Shown here: positions 13,606 through 24,701 of the stretch, in pieces
Layout of the letters: the number at the start of each line of letters is the position of its first letter
Numbering within the stretch: the stretch's first letter is position 1
Assembly: GCA_951406725.2 (NCBI GenBank)
Contig: OX597824.1
Coordinates: forward strand, 31,620,001-31,684,000
Length of the DNA: 64,000 nucleotides
Source of the DNA: Octopus vulgaris
Lineage: Eukaryota
Direction: 5' to 3'
Program-made: the position numbers and the translations under genes
The notes under the pieces: model-generated
The model's database searches: none
What the model was told of the DNA's origin: nothing
What the model saw: the letters and a program-made list of their open reading frames with translations, nothing else

Positions 13606-13782
13606 ATGATTGCTGGTTTCCAGTACATGGCTATGACCATAACGGGAGCGTTTCATTTGGGTATTGGAATTTTGTGTTTCATTATTTCAATGGTGGGATT
13701 TTCAACAAAAATATTACAGTACCAACCCATTGGACATTTGTCTAATGTTACCTCTGCTGCAGCATGTATTGTAAGTCTATGG
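13606..13782 (+). CDS. Copy A coding exon 1 (TM1, loop 1, start of TM2)
   Basis: Acceptor ttttag ends at 13581, AAAATG start at 13606, donor TGG|gtaagt at 13783. Confidence 0.85.
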
Positions 13783-16700
13783 GTAAGTACTGATTTTTAC
13801 ATTTCTCTATCCTAATAAGGATGGTTACATAACTAATATCGGTTTTTATGACAACTATATACTTTTCAAAAATATATGGAAATACACCTAAATTTTTCGA
13901 ATCTTTTTGGTTTGAACGGCAGTTTTTTCTAGCGGTGTCATATGAAATTGTCACCCATAGTTATGACCCTAGTATCGATCTATTGCATTTCAATCTGTTT
14001 TAGGGTGGGAGGGAAGGGTGTCTTTTTTCTTCACAAATGTAAATAAACCCAATCTGTTTTTTAAACAAGGGACATATTCATACGGCACAGAATGTTTTTT
14101 ACCTCAATGGACGTCAGTGATTGGTTGAAATTGCAGAAATTGAAGAAAAAAATACAACAAATATCTTGCAAACTATAGAATTTTCCCAATATAGCCAAGA
14201 GAAAAAGATGTTTTATAAACATGTTCTACCAGTATATGAAGTTTAAAATTTTTTAGTTACCTAGAAATTATGTTAAAAACTGCTGTTCAAACCGAAAAGA
14301 TCCAATTTTTCAGATAATACTCATAAAAAGCAACCAGTACACTTTGCAAAGTGATTGACACTGGGAAGGGCATCCAACTATAGACACCATGCCAAAACAG
14401 ACAATAGAACCTGGGGCAGCTCTTATCAAATCGTCCAACTCCTGCCAACATAGAAAATGATGCTTCTGTTTTTGTTATCTCATGCTTAACTATTGTTTTG
14501 TGAAATGTTTGCTTATAGCAATGAATATTGGAACTTTGCATAGAATAGTGTTTGGAAATTCTCTCAACCTTAAACTGCAAATAAGGTATTTTATAGCAGA
14601 TATGAAGCACTTTAAAATGTATTGCTTTACTACAACAAAGAGTAAATAAATGCCCATAGATGATAATGTTCTCAACTGTGTATGTTTTATTTAATATTTT
14701 TTCTCAGTATCTCATATTCTATCATTATACACAATTATAATCATCTTTGTCATTTTAACATCCCTTTTTGGGGTTTGATGGTTCAACATAAACTGGTGAA
14801 TGAGGGGACTTTGTTGAGCCCCAATGTCTTCTTTGGCATGATTTCTATGGTTGGATGCTCTTCCTAATGTCAGCTACTTCACAGAGTGTACAGAGTGCTT
14901 TTTTCATGGCACCAAGCACTGGCAAGAACACCAGGTACCCCCAAAGTGAGTGGAGTGGAGTACTGAGCAATATAAAATTCATCATCATCATCGTTTAACG
15001 TCCGCTTTCCATGCTAGCATGGGTTGGACGATTTGACTGAGGACTAGCGAACCAGATGGCTGCACCAGGCTCCAATCTTGATTTGGCAGAGTGTCTACAG
15101 TTGGATGCCCTTCCTAATGCCAACCACTTTGAGAGTGTAGTGGGTGCTTTTACGTGCCACTGGCATGAGGGCCAGTCAGGCGGTAGGGCAAAGGTCACGG
15201 GAAATCGTGTTTTTTTTTTACATGTCACCTGCACAAGTACCGCTAAGGCAACGCTGGTAACGATCACGCTCAAATGGGGATTTTTACGTGCCACCGGCAC
15301 GAACGCCAGTTGGCTCCTCTGGCAACAATCACGCTCAGATGGTGCTTTTAGTGCTCCATTAGCACAGATGCTAGTCAGCGAATTTGATTTCGATTCCGAT
15401 TTCACTTGCCTCAACAGGTCTTCGCAAGCAGTGTCCAATGAAGGGAAGGTACGCAAAGGTGGGCTGGTTGCACCCTTGGCTCTGCGATAATTCCCTTCCT
15501 CATCAGCTTCTTTCCCAGATCTTTGATTTTTTCCTCTTTAAACTGGCTTTGTTTGCTTATTTCCTTGTGTAATATCTGCTTGAATGTTTGCTTGTGAACA
15601 TCCTAATTACTACATCATCCCTCTCAGGGACAGATTTATACACCCTAACAATGATTGAAACACACTTCCAATTACTCAGTAATTAAGTTATGTGGGTTTA
15701 GAAAAAGAATCAAGTCAGTTATAGGAGGATAACGTGTTTGTTCACTGCTTGATTAAAGGATTTTTTTACAAATTTTATCGGCAATAGTGTTTATTGTTTC
15801 TGTGCAACTGACACAAAGTCTACTATTATGTGTGCATAGTTTATGATATGTACACAATTAAATGACCATTTTACTGGAGGAATTAGCATCCTGTCTGTCT
15901 GCTTACTAGAATTTTGGTTTCTGCTAAATTGATGTTGAAGCCCTTTAAATCCAGGTTTTGCTTCTACACCTGGAATTTCTTTTCTAATTCTACTACAGAT
16001 TCAGTTTAAATAACAAGATTAGCAGCAGAGAGGAGTTCCGTGGACAACCAGCCTTAAACTCCTCTGTTATAGCCTAAAAGATAAATAGGAGAAGACTGAG
16101 AATCAAACCCTGGTGAGCTCCTAGCTGCACATTAAATTTGTTGCTGTACTTATTAGCTTTCACTGTGTGGACAACACCCTCGCTTCTTCAGCAACCATCA
16201 CATCAGAAAGCAAGAGATTTATTTGCTTTCTCTATGTCAATAAATGCCAAGTGCAGCAGATTACATTTGGCTAAATACTTCTGCAGTTGCCTTACTAGGA
16301 AGAAAGCACCAGCTTCACTTCTTACTCAGCTAACTCACTAGTATATATATATATACACACACACACATATACATACATACATTAATTAATTAATTAATTA
16401 TCTGACTATCTTATCTTAAAATTTTACATTTAATTGTACATTTTTTGTTTTGTTTAGGTTATCGCAGTTGGCATCTTTGGAATTCTTGCTGGTCTCAAGT
16501 CAAATACAGAATTACAAACCAGGAGAATGGTAAAAATTTCTCTGACTATTAATCTTTTCTGTTCAAATTTTCAGTCTGTTTAATGTTTACAATTAAAAAG
16601 CATCTAGTTATTACTTATCAGAAATAGTAACACTATAGAAAATGCTATATTTATCCAGTTTTCCAGTGGTAGACCATGCTCTTGGCAGAATTAACAAATA

Positions 16701-19700
16701 CTAGTGTATTACTTACAAATGTTGGAGTGCATTTGGCTAGAGTATTTTACAGCTGGATGCCCTTCCTGTCACCAACTCCACTTGCTTCCGAGCAAAGGAA
16801 TTATTTTTCAGTCTGTCAAGTAATAAACAGCACAGCTTGCTCAATATATCAAGACATGTCAAAAACCCCAATATGTTCTCCTGGTGGTCTGCAAGCAAAC
16901 AGCACCATCAGGATGTTATTGTTTACTAATGTGAGGGAAATACGAATTCACAGAAACACATGCACATGTGTGAGTATATATACATATATATTCTCCCATA
17001 GCTTTCAGTGTCAACATCCCATTCAATTTATTCAGCTTGGATGTGATATTTTGGTCCTACAAAAGATTTGCAAACCAGTTCACAGATCAGGCATGCATGT
17101 GTGGATTATAGGACAATGTTGCTGCTCTTCTTGGTAATGTTTTTGTGCTACCAAGAATCAAAGTCATGATCTTAGTCACGTGTTGAGTACGCTAACCACT
17201 TAGCCATGCTCCTTCACATCAGCTGCTACCCATCACAATTATGCTGTCATTACAACCACTTCTGAGCTGTGAATGTAAAGCAACAGCTACCGCTGCTCAT
17301 TATCATTAAAACAGCCTGTTTTAATCAAACCACCACCAAGCTGTATATTTTTGCTATAGTTGTGTCATTATACCACTTTTAAATTGTCGTTCCAAGCATA
17401 ACAGAGCTGTGTCATAACAAACTCTGAGTGCTCATTACAAACACTATTGAGGTAGTTGTACGCAATGTTACGTGTGGCACTCTCTTTTACTCTTTACTCT
17501 TTTACTCGTTTCAGTCATTTGACTGCGGCCATGCTGGAGCACCGCCTTTAATCGAGCAACTCGACCCCGGGACTTATTCTTTTGTAAGCCCAGTACTTAT
17601 TCTATCAGTCTCTTTTGCCGAACCGCTAAGTTACGGGGACATAAACACACCAGCATCGGTTGTCAAGCAATGCTAGGGGGACAAACACAGACACAAACAC
17701 ACACAAGCACATATATATATACATATATACGACGGGCTTCTTTCAGTTTCCATCTACCAAATTCACTCACAAGGCTTTGGTTGGCCCAAGGCTATAGTAG
17801 AAGACACTTGCCCAAGGTGCCATGCAGTGGGACTGAACCCAGAACCATGTGGTTGGTAAACAAGCTACTTACCACACAGCCACTCCTGCGCCACAGGTGC
17901 TTCAAAAGTAAAAGTGTGTCCCTGGAAGACCTGCCATGAGCATCACCCATGGAAATATGGTAATGTGCATCAAGAATTTGTCCTCCAGGGCCAGACTGTC
18001 AATTGAGAGTTCTACTGTGATATTTTTAAGCGTTTGAGGGAGGACATTTGACAAAAGCAACCAGACCTGTGGAGCGCAAAGAATTGGATTCTTCATGACA
18101 ACAATGTGCCCTGTCATCAAACTCTTCTCACTTTTGAGTTTATTGCCAAAAACATGGTATTGCTTCCACACGCTCTTTTCACCAGATTTAGCACCTGCAA
18201 ACTTCCATCTCTTCCCCCAAGATGAAAACGCTGCTCAAAGGTTGCTGTTTTAACACCATTGTCGAGACCCAGTGCAGATCACAGAAGGGCCTCAACCCAC
18301 ACACAAAAAATGACTTCCAGGTCAGATTCCCAAAAGTGGCAGAAATGCTGGGACCAGTATATTGCTGTACAAGGTGGCTATTTCAAAAGAGATGATGTTA
18401 AAATGTATGAGTGGCTGAGTGGTAAGTAGCTTGCTTACGAACCACATGGTTCCAGGCTCAGTCCCACTGCATGGCACCTTGGGCAAGTGTCTTCTACTAT
18501 AGCCTCAGGCCGACCAAGGCCTTGTGAGTGGATTTGATAGACAGAAGCTGAAGGAGGCCCATCGTATATATGCACATATATATATATATATGTAAGTGTT
18601 GGTGTGTGTATGCTTGTATTTGTCCCCTCGACATCACTTGACAACCAATGCTGGTGTGTTCACATCCCCGTAACTTAGCTGTTCGGCAAAAGACACCGAT
18701 AGAATAAGTACTAGGCTTACAAAGAATAAGTCCTGGGGTCAATTTGCTCAACTAAAGGCAGTGCTCCAGCATGGCCACAGCCAAATGACTGAAACAAGTA
18801 AAAGAGAGTAAATTAGTTATTTTTTATTAAACATAACTAGCCAAGGAACCTTTTGATACCCCTCGTACTTATGATCTCTGAGGAGTGAAAGACAAAGTTA
18901 GCAAAGAATGGTATCATTTGTGACTTTCTGCCACAGATCACATAAAATATTAGATTCTCCTCTCTCTCTGACAAAAGATAATAGATTTCCTGAGATATGA
19001 ACCTAAAAGAAAAATGTCATTTGCCTAACACCATTCCTTCTATGATAAACAGTATTTTCTTTAATATACTCAGAAAAGATAATAATTTGATAGAATCCAT
19101 TAGAGTGACTATGTGCTACCTTCCTGTATTTAGTTACGTCCTGGGGCTCAGTTAAAAAAAAGGATCAGTCATGGATTGGTATTATAAATAACTTTTATTT
19201 TTATAATCGGTCTATTTATCAATGAATAAATCTGCATCTCTAGTGCTAAACAGATCTGTTTTTCTCTTTTTGACTCAAACTCACACATGCACATATCCTT
19301 ACCCCCATGTGTGTATGTATGTGTCTATATACCACCACACATACATAACTGTAAAACCTAAATAAAATGCTTTAAATTTTTTTTTTTTTTTTCAGAAAAT
19401 TACCTACATGGTCCTTGCCATTTTGTCAGCATCTATATTTTCAATTGGTGGAATGAGTGCCCTTTCTGGCCATGCAACTTGGATTGTAAGTATATTATAT
19501 GTGTGTTTGTTTTTTGTGCAGAGATTACTGATGCCTAATGAAGTAAGGTACTTTATATGATGGGGAAAAATCAGAACAAAAGCAATTATACTTCTTAGCT
19601 GTCTAGAATAAAAGACATTGTAACTTAATTATTGTTCTTGGTTTTTGGATGAACAGGTTTTCTAATGTTATTTCACTATCATACCTTTTATCAAAACATT

Positions 19701-22075
19701 TTAAACTTTGTAACTATGGAGCCTTTTTCAGCTATATTAGGAAAATATCTTGTAACAGACTTTATAAAAAAGAAAACAACCCTTTTAATATTCTTTCAGA
19801 TAAATAAACTGTAAAAAGAGCCAAATAATGGCATGGCTGTGTGTTAAGAAGTTTCCTTCTCAACCACTGCATTGCATGTTGGGCAAGTGTATTCTTCTAT
19901 AGCCTCGGGCTGACTGCAGGCTTGTGAGTGGATTTTATTGATGGAAACTTAAAGAAGTCTATCATATGTGTGTGTGTGTGAACTTTAGGTTTGTTAAAAT
20001 ATGTTTGTGATATATGACTTCTAAAGGCAAATTCATTGTAGTTACCCTGGAGAAACGAAGTCTCTCCAAGAGGTGTGAAAGCACCATATCTGCCCAGTGC
20101 TTCTCCGTATCAGATTCCCAGACACACATTTCTGGCTCTTTAGCCTTCCTCAATGGAAAATACCAGAGAGAGATAACCCTGGGCAGATTCCAAACCTGTT
20201 TCTTTTAGTTAACTAAAAAAACAGTCAACATCAGTGACTGATTTGCACTAGTGGACCAGCTGGTCTGAATAAAAAATAGCATCAGTACCAAACAGTGATT
20301 AGGAAGATCTTTAGATTATGGCTCTAAACTTTAACATGAGTTGAGCATGGCTGCAGGCCATTGACTGAAACTAGTAAAAGAATCTTTTTAAAAATCAACT
20401 CTATTTAATATAAAGTTAGTTGACCTAGTGATTGTGCCCTCAATTCTTGAATCAGGTAGCACATTGTGTTCTTGAGCAAAACACTTCATTTTATGTTCCT
20501 CCTGTGATGAAATCGCATCCCATTCAGGGGAAATGTTTTGATCTCAGTCCCTTATATGCTTTGGAAACTAGATAGCTGGTCCTATGACTCAGTAGACAGC
20601 AATGTGCAACAGTTGATGGTGGTGTTGTGGGATTGTTCTGGACATAGCTGCAGACCAATGACTGAAACTGGTAAACGATTAAGTGACTACATTTATAACT
20701 TTTAATACCAATAAAGATTATCAAAAATGCAAAGTCATTGCTTGAAAAATCTGAAAAGATAACCCTGTACTGTAAGATTATCACATATTTCTTTCACTTT
20801 TTCTCATTAAAAATTATTTGTTTTACAGGCAATGTCTTCTCGTTATGACAGTTATTATCCTTTATTTTGTGTTGGATCCTTTGCTATGTTTGCGGAATTT
20901 GTTTTGGCTATTGTCTCTTCATCCATTTGCTGCTGCTGCTCACAAGCAAAGGTAACTATAGTTTACTCATTTGATAAATATAATTGTGTAATAAGAGGCA
21001 AAGTTCATTCCATTTACATCCTAGATTTGGAAATATTTTGTGACTTCTGATCTATGTCCCTGCCATAGAACAGGTTACATGATGTTGAGATTCCATGTGT
21101 GACATCCAACTCTGTAGGATACAAGATTCGGGTATAATTCTGTTTTCAGAACCATAAAGAGATAGGTGAAAAGGGAAAATAAAAAATCCAAAACTAGATG
21201 GGAAATGGGGAGTATATGATATGGTAGAGAAATAAGCTGTAAAGGTAGTGCTCAAGGTTACATATCAGGAGATAGTAGGATTATGGTGAAAGGAAAAAAA
21301 TACATGAAGATGGAGAACATGATGTTGGACATCATGCAGGCTTACCATTTGACCTCCATTTTTTGCATTGCTGTTCTTATCCAACAAAGGGTAAAATTAA
21401 TTAATTAAGAAGTAATCAATAACTTCACCAAGTAGAATTCGGCATGAAAAACTTTCACGGTAAACTTAAGTAATACTTTATAATTAGGGTTCAGCAAAGA
21501 TATGCTTTACCACATACCAAAGTTTATAAATAGTTTTTCTGGGAGTTCCTTTTTAAAGTAGAAGAAATAGCTAAGGTTTTTTGGCTGCTATTTCTAAACT
21601 TTGGTATGTGGTAAAGCATATCATTGCTGAACCCTAATTATAAAGTATATATATGTATATATAGAGACAGGAGAAATTATGGTAAACACAAGTTTATATT
21701 ATTTGCTCCACTTCACTGGAAGATGATACTCTATATGCAGCTTTTAATTCAACAATCGCAATAGTACATCTAACTACACACAAGATTTACTATGTATGAA
21801 TGTCATTGAAAAATAGATGCAAATCAAGGTATTCTTTAATTTCTCTTGGAATGATTTTAGAGTTGTTTATTATTTTTTTGTTTCTAAAGAAATTCAGTAT
21901 TTCTTTAATAATTTTTTTTTCTTTGCTTCTACAGAGTAATGTAGTTGTTATCCATCAGAACCAGGCTACTGAATTCGTGAATCCGTCAATTAATACACAC
22001 TACTCACCAATTACTCATTATTCTCCAAATGTTGCTGACCCATATATGCCTCAAGAATTCAATGAAATGAAATAA
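13606..22075 (+). CDS. Four-transmembrane MS4A/CD20-like membrane protein, copy A (200 aa; join 13606-13782,16458-16529,19396-19485,20829-20951,21935-22075)
   Basis: Manual splicing: each exon has a polypyrimidine-AG acceptor and GT donor, all phase 0, joining into one open frame MIAGFQ...ACIVSLW/VIAVGIFGILAGLKSNTELQTRRM/KITYMVLAILSASIF...ATWI/AMSSRYDSYYPLF...AEFVLAIVSSSICCCCSQAK/SNVVVIHQ...EFNEMK*. Four hydrophobic helices, W-x-I-x-x-G-x-x-G-I in TM2, E-x-x-L-A-I-x-S-S-x-x-C-C at the end of TM4 and a Pro/Tyr-rich tail match my recollection of the CD20-like pattern. No HMM search was run. Confidence 0.85.
13899..14303. mobile_element. MITE with 8-bp TSD (AATTTTTC), Merlin- or hAT-like, intronic
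   Basis: ~29-bp TIRs; AATTTTTC at 13891-13898 and 14304-14311. Confidence 0.85.
14978..15430 (-). mobile_element. RTE-related 3' UTR/SINE-like repeat; paralogue at 45541-45985
   Basis: catcatcatcgtttaacgtccg..ccatgctagcatgggttgg end shared with 12520-12700. Confidence 0.7.
16458..16529 (+). CDS. Copy A coding exon 2
   Basis: tttgtttag|GTTATC...ATG|gtaaaa; 72 nt, phase 0. Confidence 0.82.
17490..17893 (-). mobile_element. tRNA-derived SINE; paralogue at ~48055-48457
   Basis: Reverse complement begins ggcgcaggagtggctgtgtggtaag (A-box) and has ggttcagtccc (B-box-like); tail of agagtaa repeats. Confidence 0.85.
17900..18400 (+). mobile_element. Decayed mariner transposase C-terminal remnant; paralogue at ~48465-48965
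   Basis: Fragments HQEFVLQGQTVN, WILHDNN and SPDLAPANFHLFP, with frameshifts. Confidence 0.7.
18408..18808 (+). mobile_element. tRNA-derived SINE, inverted relative to 17490-17893; paralogue at ~48972-49370
   Basis: gagtggctgagtggtaagtagcttgc...ggctcagtcccactgc...gactgaaacaagtaaaagag. Confidence 0.85.
19396..19485 (+). CDS. Copy A coding exon 3 (TM3)
   Basis: poly-T cag|AAAATT...ATT|gtaagt; 90 nt. Confidence 0.85.
20829..20951 (+). CDS. Copy A coding exon 4 (loop 2, TM4, CCCC)
   Basis: ttttacag|GCAATG...AAG|gtaact; 123 nt. Confidence 0.85.
21473..21648. mobile_element. 176-bp hairpin MITE with ~60-bp arms in the last intron; paralogue at 52005-52180
   Basis: atactttataattagggttcagcaaagatatgctttaccacatacc vs ggtatgtggtaaagcatatcattgctgaaccctaattataaagtat. 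Confidence 0.8.
21935..22075 (+). CDS. Copy A coding exon 5 (cytoplasmic tail, stop)
   Basis: tttgcttctacag|AGTAAT...AAATAA. Confidence 0.8.
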   Translation, partial: SNVVVIHQNQATEFVNPSINTHYSPITHYSPNVADPYMPQEFNEMK

Positions 22076-23018
22076 ATTTTTTCATTTTTTGTGAAATTGA
22101 GAAATGTTTGAAAAGCATGAAACAGTTTAAAAATTCTTTTTTTTTTTTTTAAATTTGTATATTCTCACTATTCAGTAAAACTGACCAGAATCTCTTAATC
22201 AACATCCCTGTTGTCTACTCTCTCTCTCTTTCTCTCTCCATATATGTATGTATACACACACACACAAACATCTACATTCAAAAAAGCCTTAGCATCGTAC
22301 TATTGTCACTGAAGCTGACCCTATTACGATAACCATCTGTGCTATTTTACTGTTAAAGTAATTGTCAAGGTTTTTAATATCAAATCTTATTTACCATACA
22401 TAATTACACTACATCTTTGTTTGTACTAACTGTCCCTAACTTTTAGTAATGTTTAAATGTACTTACTTTACTAGTGTCATTGAAAAAAATGTTTATTGTT
22501 CTCATTTCTGTGAGATATTTCTAGTCCATACTCACTGATTCATTTGAAGTTGTTTTTTTTTATTGATGCTTATTTTTGTTATTGTTTTCTTTTAAAAACA
22601 CTTTATTTCCTGTTGCTCCATTTCACTCAGTTGTAGAAAGGAGTTACGATGTCACTGGTACCAATCTGTATCGGCCTTTGCCTTTCCCTTGATAACATCA
22701 GCGACGTGGAGAGGGGAGGCCGGTATACATAGGTGACTGCTGGTCTACCATAAACAACCTTTCCTGGACTTGTGCCTTGGAGGGGAACTTTCTAGGTGCA
22801 ATCCCATGGCCATTCCATGACTGAAAGGGGTCTTTACCTTTTATTCTATTATGCTTTGTAGTTTGTACAAAACTTTTTATATTACCTTGATGCTTTTTCC
22901 TTTCTTATTTTATTTGTAATTTCCTGCAAAGAATCTGCTACTGCCTGATTCTATTAGCAATATCACTACAAATATTTTTGTCTCTCTAGTTGTCCTTTTA
23001 ATTGTATTTTTGTTACCA

Positions 23019-23024
23019 AATAAA
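23019..23024 (+). other. Candidate polyadenylation signal of copy A (paralogue at ~53577)
   Basis: AATAAA ~950 nt after the stop, followed by GT/T-rich sequence; weak evidence in AT-rich DNA. Confidence 0.3.
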
Positions 23025-23488
23025 TACATTCATAAAATCATTTAAATGTCATTGTTTATTTATTTAGCATCATTGAATATGCTTTTCTTGAAATATCAAT
23101 TAACTATTGCAGCATGGAAGGTGTTTATAAGCCATTTAAGAAACACACAAAAGCCGTTCGATTCACTTCAACATTTAAGTTTAATTTGTCAAAATATTTT
23201 CGGCGCTAAAATCTGCGACCTGTTCACTGACAAAAATCCGTGCTGCATCTGTTTCAGCACACGATCTCAGATCAAATTACTTGCTATGCGAGTACATCTC
23301 AATTAACTATTTAAATCAGAATACTAAATTATATTTCTATATCTTTGATATATGTTCAATAACAAATTATTCACGTATTCATCTTGTCTTGGTTAAATGT
23401 TATATACACACATACATACATTGCAGTTTGTTTGGTATAATTTCAACCATTATTTGGCATTTTTCAAAGAAAGGCATTTTATGAAATA

Positions 23489-23792
23489 CTAGCTGTATCG
23501 CCCGGCGTTGCTCGTGTTTATAAGGGAAATAACTATATAAGCATTTTTAGAGAGTTACTTCCCTTATATAACCCGAACAAAAATCATTAAAAATGCGGAA
23601 AAATGATAAATTTTTTTTTAAATCGTAGACTCATCATAGATGCGCGCTAATACCCAGAAGGGCTCGATGTGAATGACGACTATAAGATACCCGCTTTTGG
23701 TTAAACTGCACCGCAAAATGTGGGAGTAGTTAGGAATCTAAATCGGAGGAGACAGAGTCTCACACACACAACTTCGATTTTATATATAAAGA
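23489..23792 (-). mobile_element. Non-autonomous Helitron (~300 bp); paralogue at 54047-54350
   Basis: Minus strand 5' TC(TTTATATATAAAA) to a GC-rich subterminal motif and CTAG 3', inserted between A and T without TSD. Confidence 0.75.
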
Positions 23793-24622
23793 TTTTCTCA
23801 CAGAAAATGCATGCTCTTACATTCCAGAATACAACACAAAGCAACCTTTATATGGTCCATGAGACTGCTAGAAATAGCAACAACTTTCTTTTTATCAACC
23901 ACTACAGATATTTTATTAATGTGACCGAGTTAGAGCAAACTGTTCATCAAGCACATTGTCTTCCTACTTTCTGATCCACTGATGTGTGATGCTGCAGCTC
24001 TCCACTCCTGTGCCACCTCCTCCTCCATCCTGCTGTTTACCTTCCACCACACCTCCACCTTTTTTCTTCACTCATTACATCCGCATTTGACCATCTGTCT
24101 CTCTCCTCCCCCACGCTTGTTATGAAGTTACTCTACCCTTTCCTCCCTTCCTGATGCACAGTTTTTATTCTCCCTCCTATACACTTTGTACTTTGTGTGC
24201 ATGCTCTCATACCCTGTCACCATGACCTTTATCTCCCTTTCAGCTACTCTCACCCACCATCACATAATGTATGGTAATTGTGTATCTCATCTATAGCAAG
24301 ATTCATGTGCTTGTCCCTCTTTCATACTTTAGCCTTCAACATCTGACAAAGCCAACTCCTCTCATACTTTCCATTTCCTTTTCCTTTCTTTAATTTGCTG
24401 CAATTTACAGAGCTGCCTCATCAGTGCATGAAAAATGTCACCCGGTACTCACCAGAGTGGTTGGCATTAGAAAGGGCATTGAGATGGAAACCACAGCAAA
24501 GCTGATGCAACTCTACTCTGCTGCTTGTCAGATCCTGTCAAATTATCCATCCCATGCCAGCATGGAAAACAAGTTAAATGATGATGATGAGGATGATATA
24601 TATATGTGCGTGAGTATGTATG

Positions 24623-24653
<31 letters not shown>

Positions 24654-24665
24654 ATCACTGTATGG

Positions 24666-24700
<35 letters not shown>

Positions 24701-24701
<1 letters not shown>

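Noticed and set aside
16676-17137. 153-aa ORF identical in both copies (47250-47711)
   Set aside because: Intronic and made of decayed SINE/repeat fragments; no recognisable domain or splice support.
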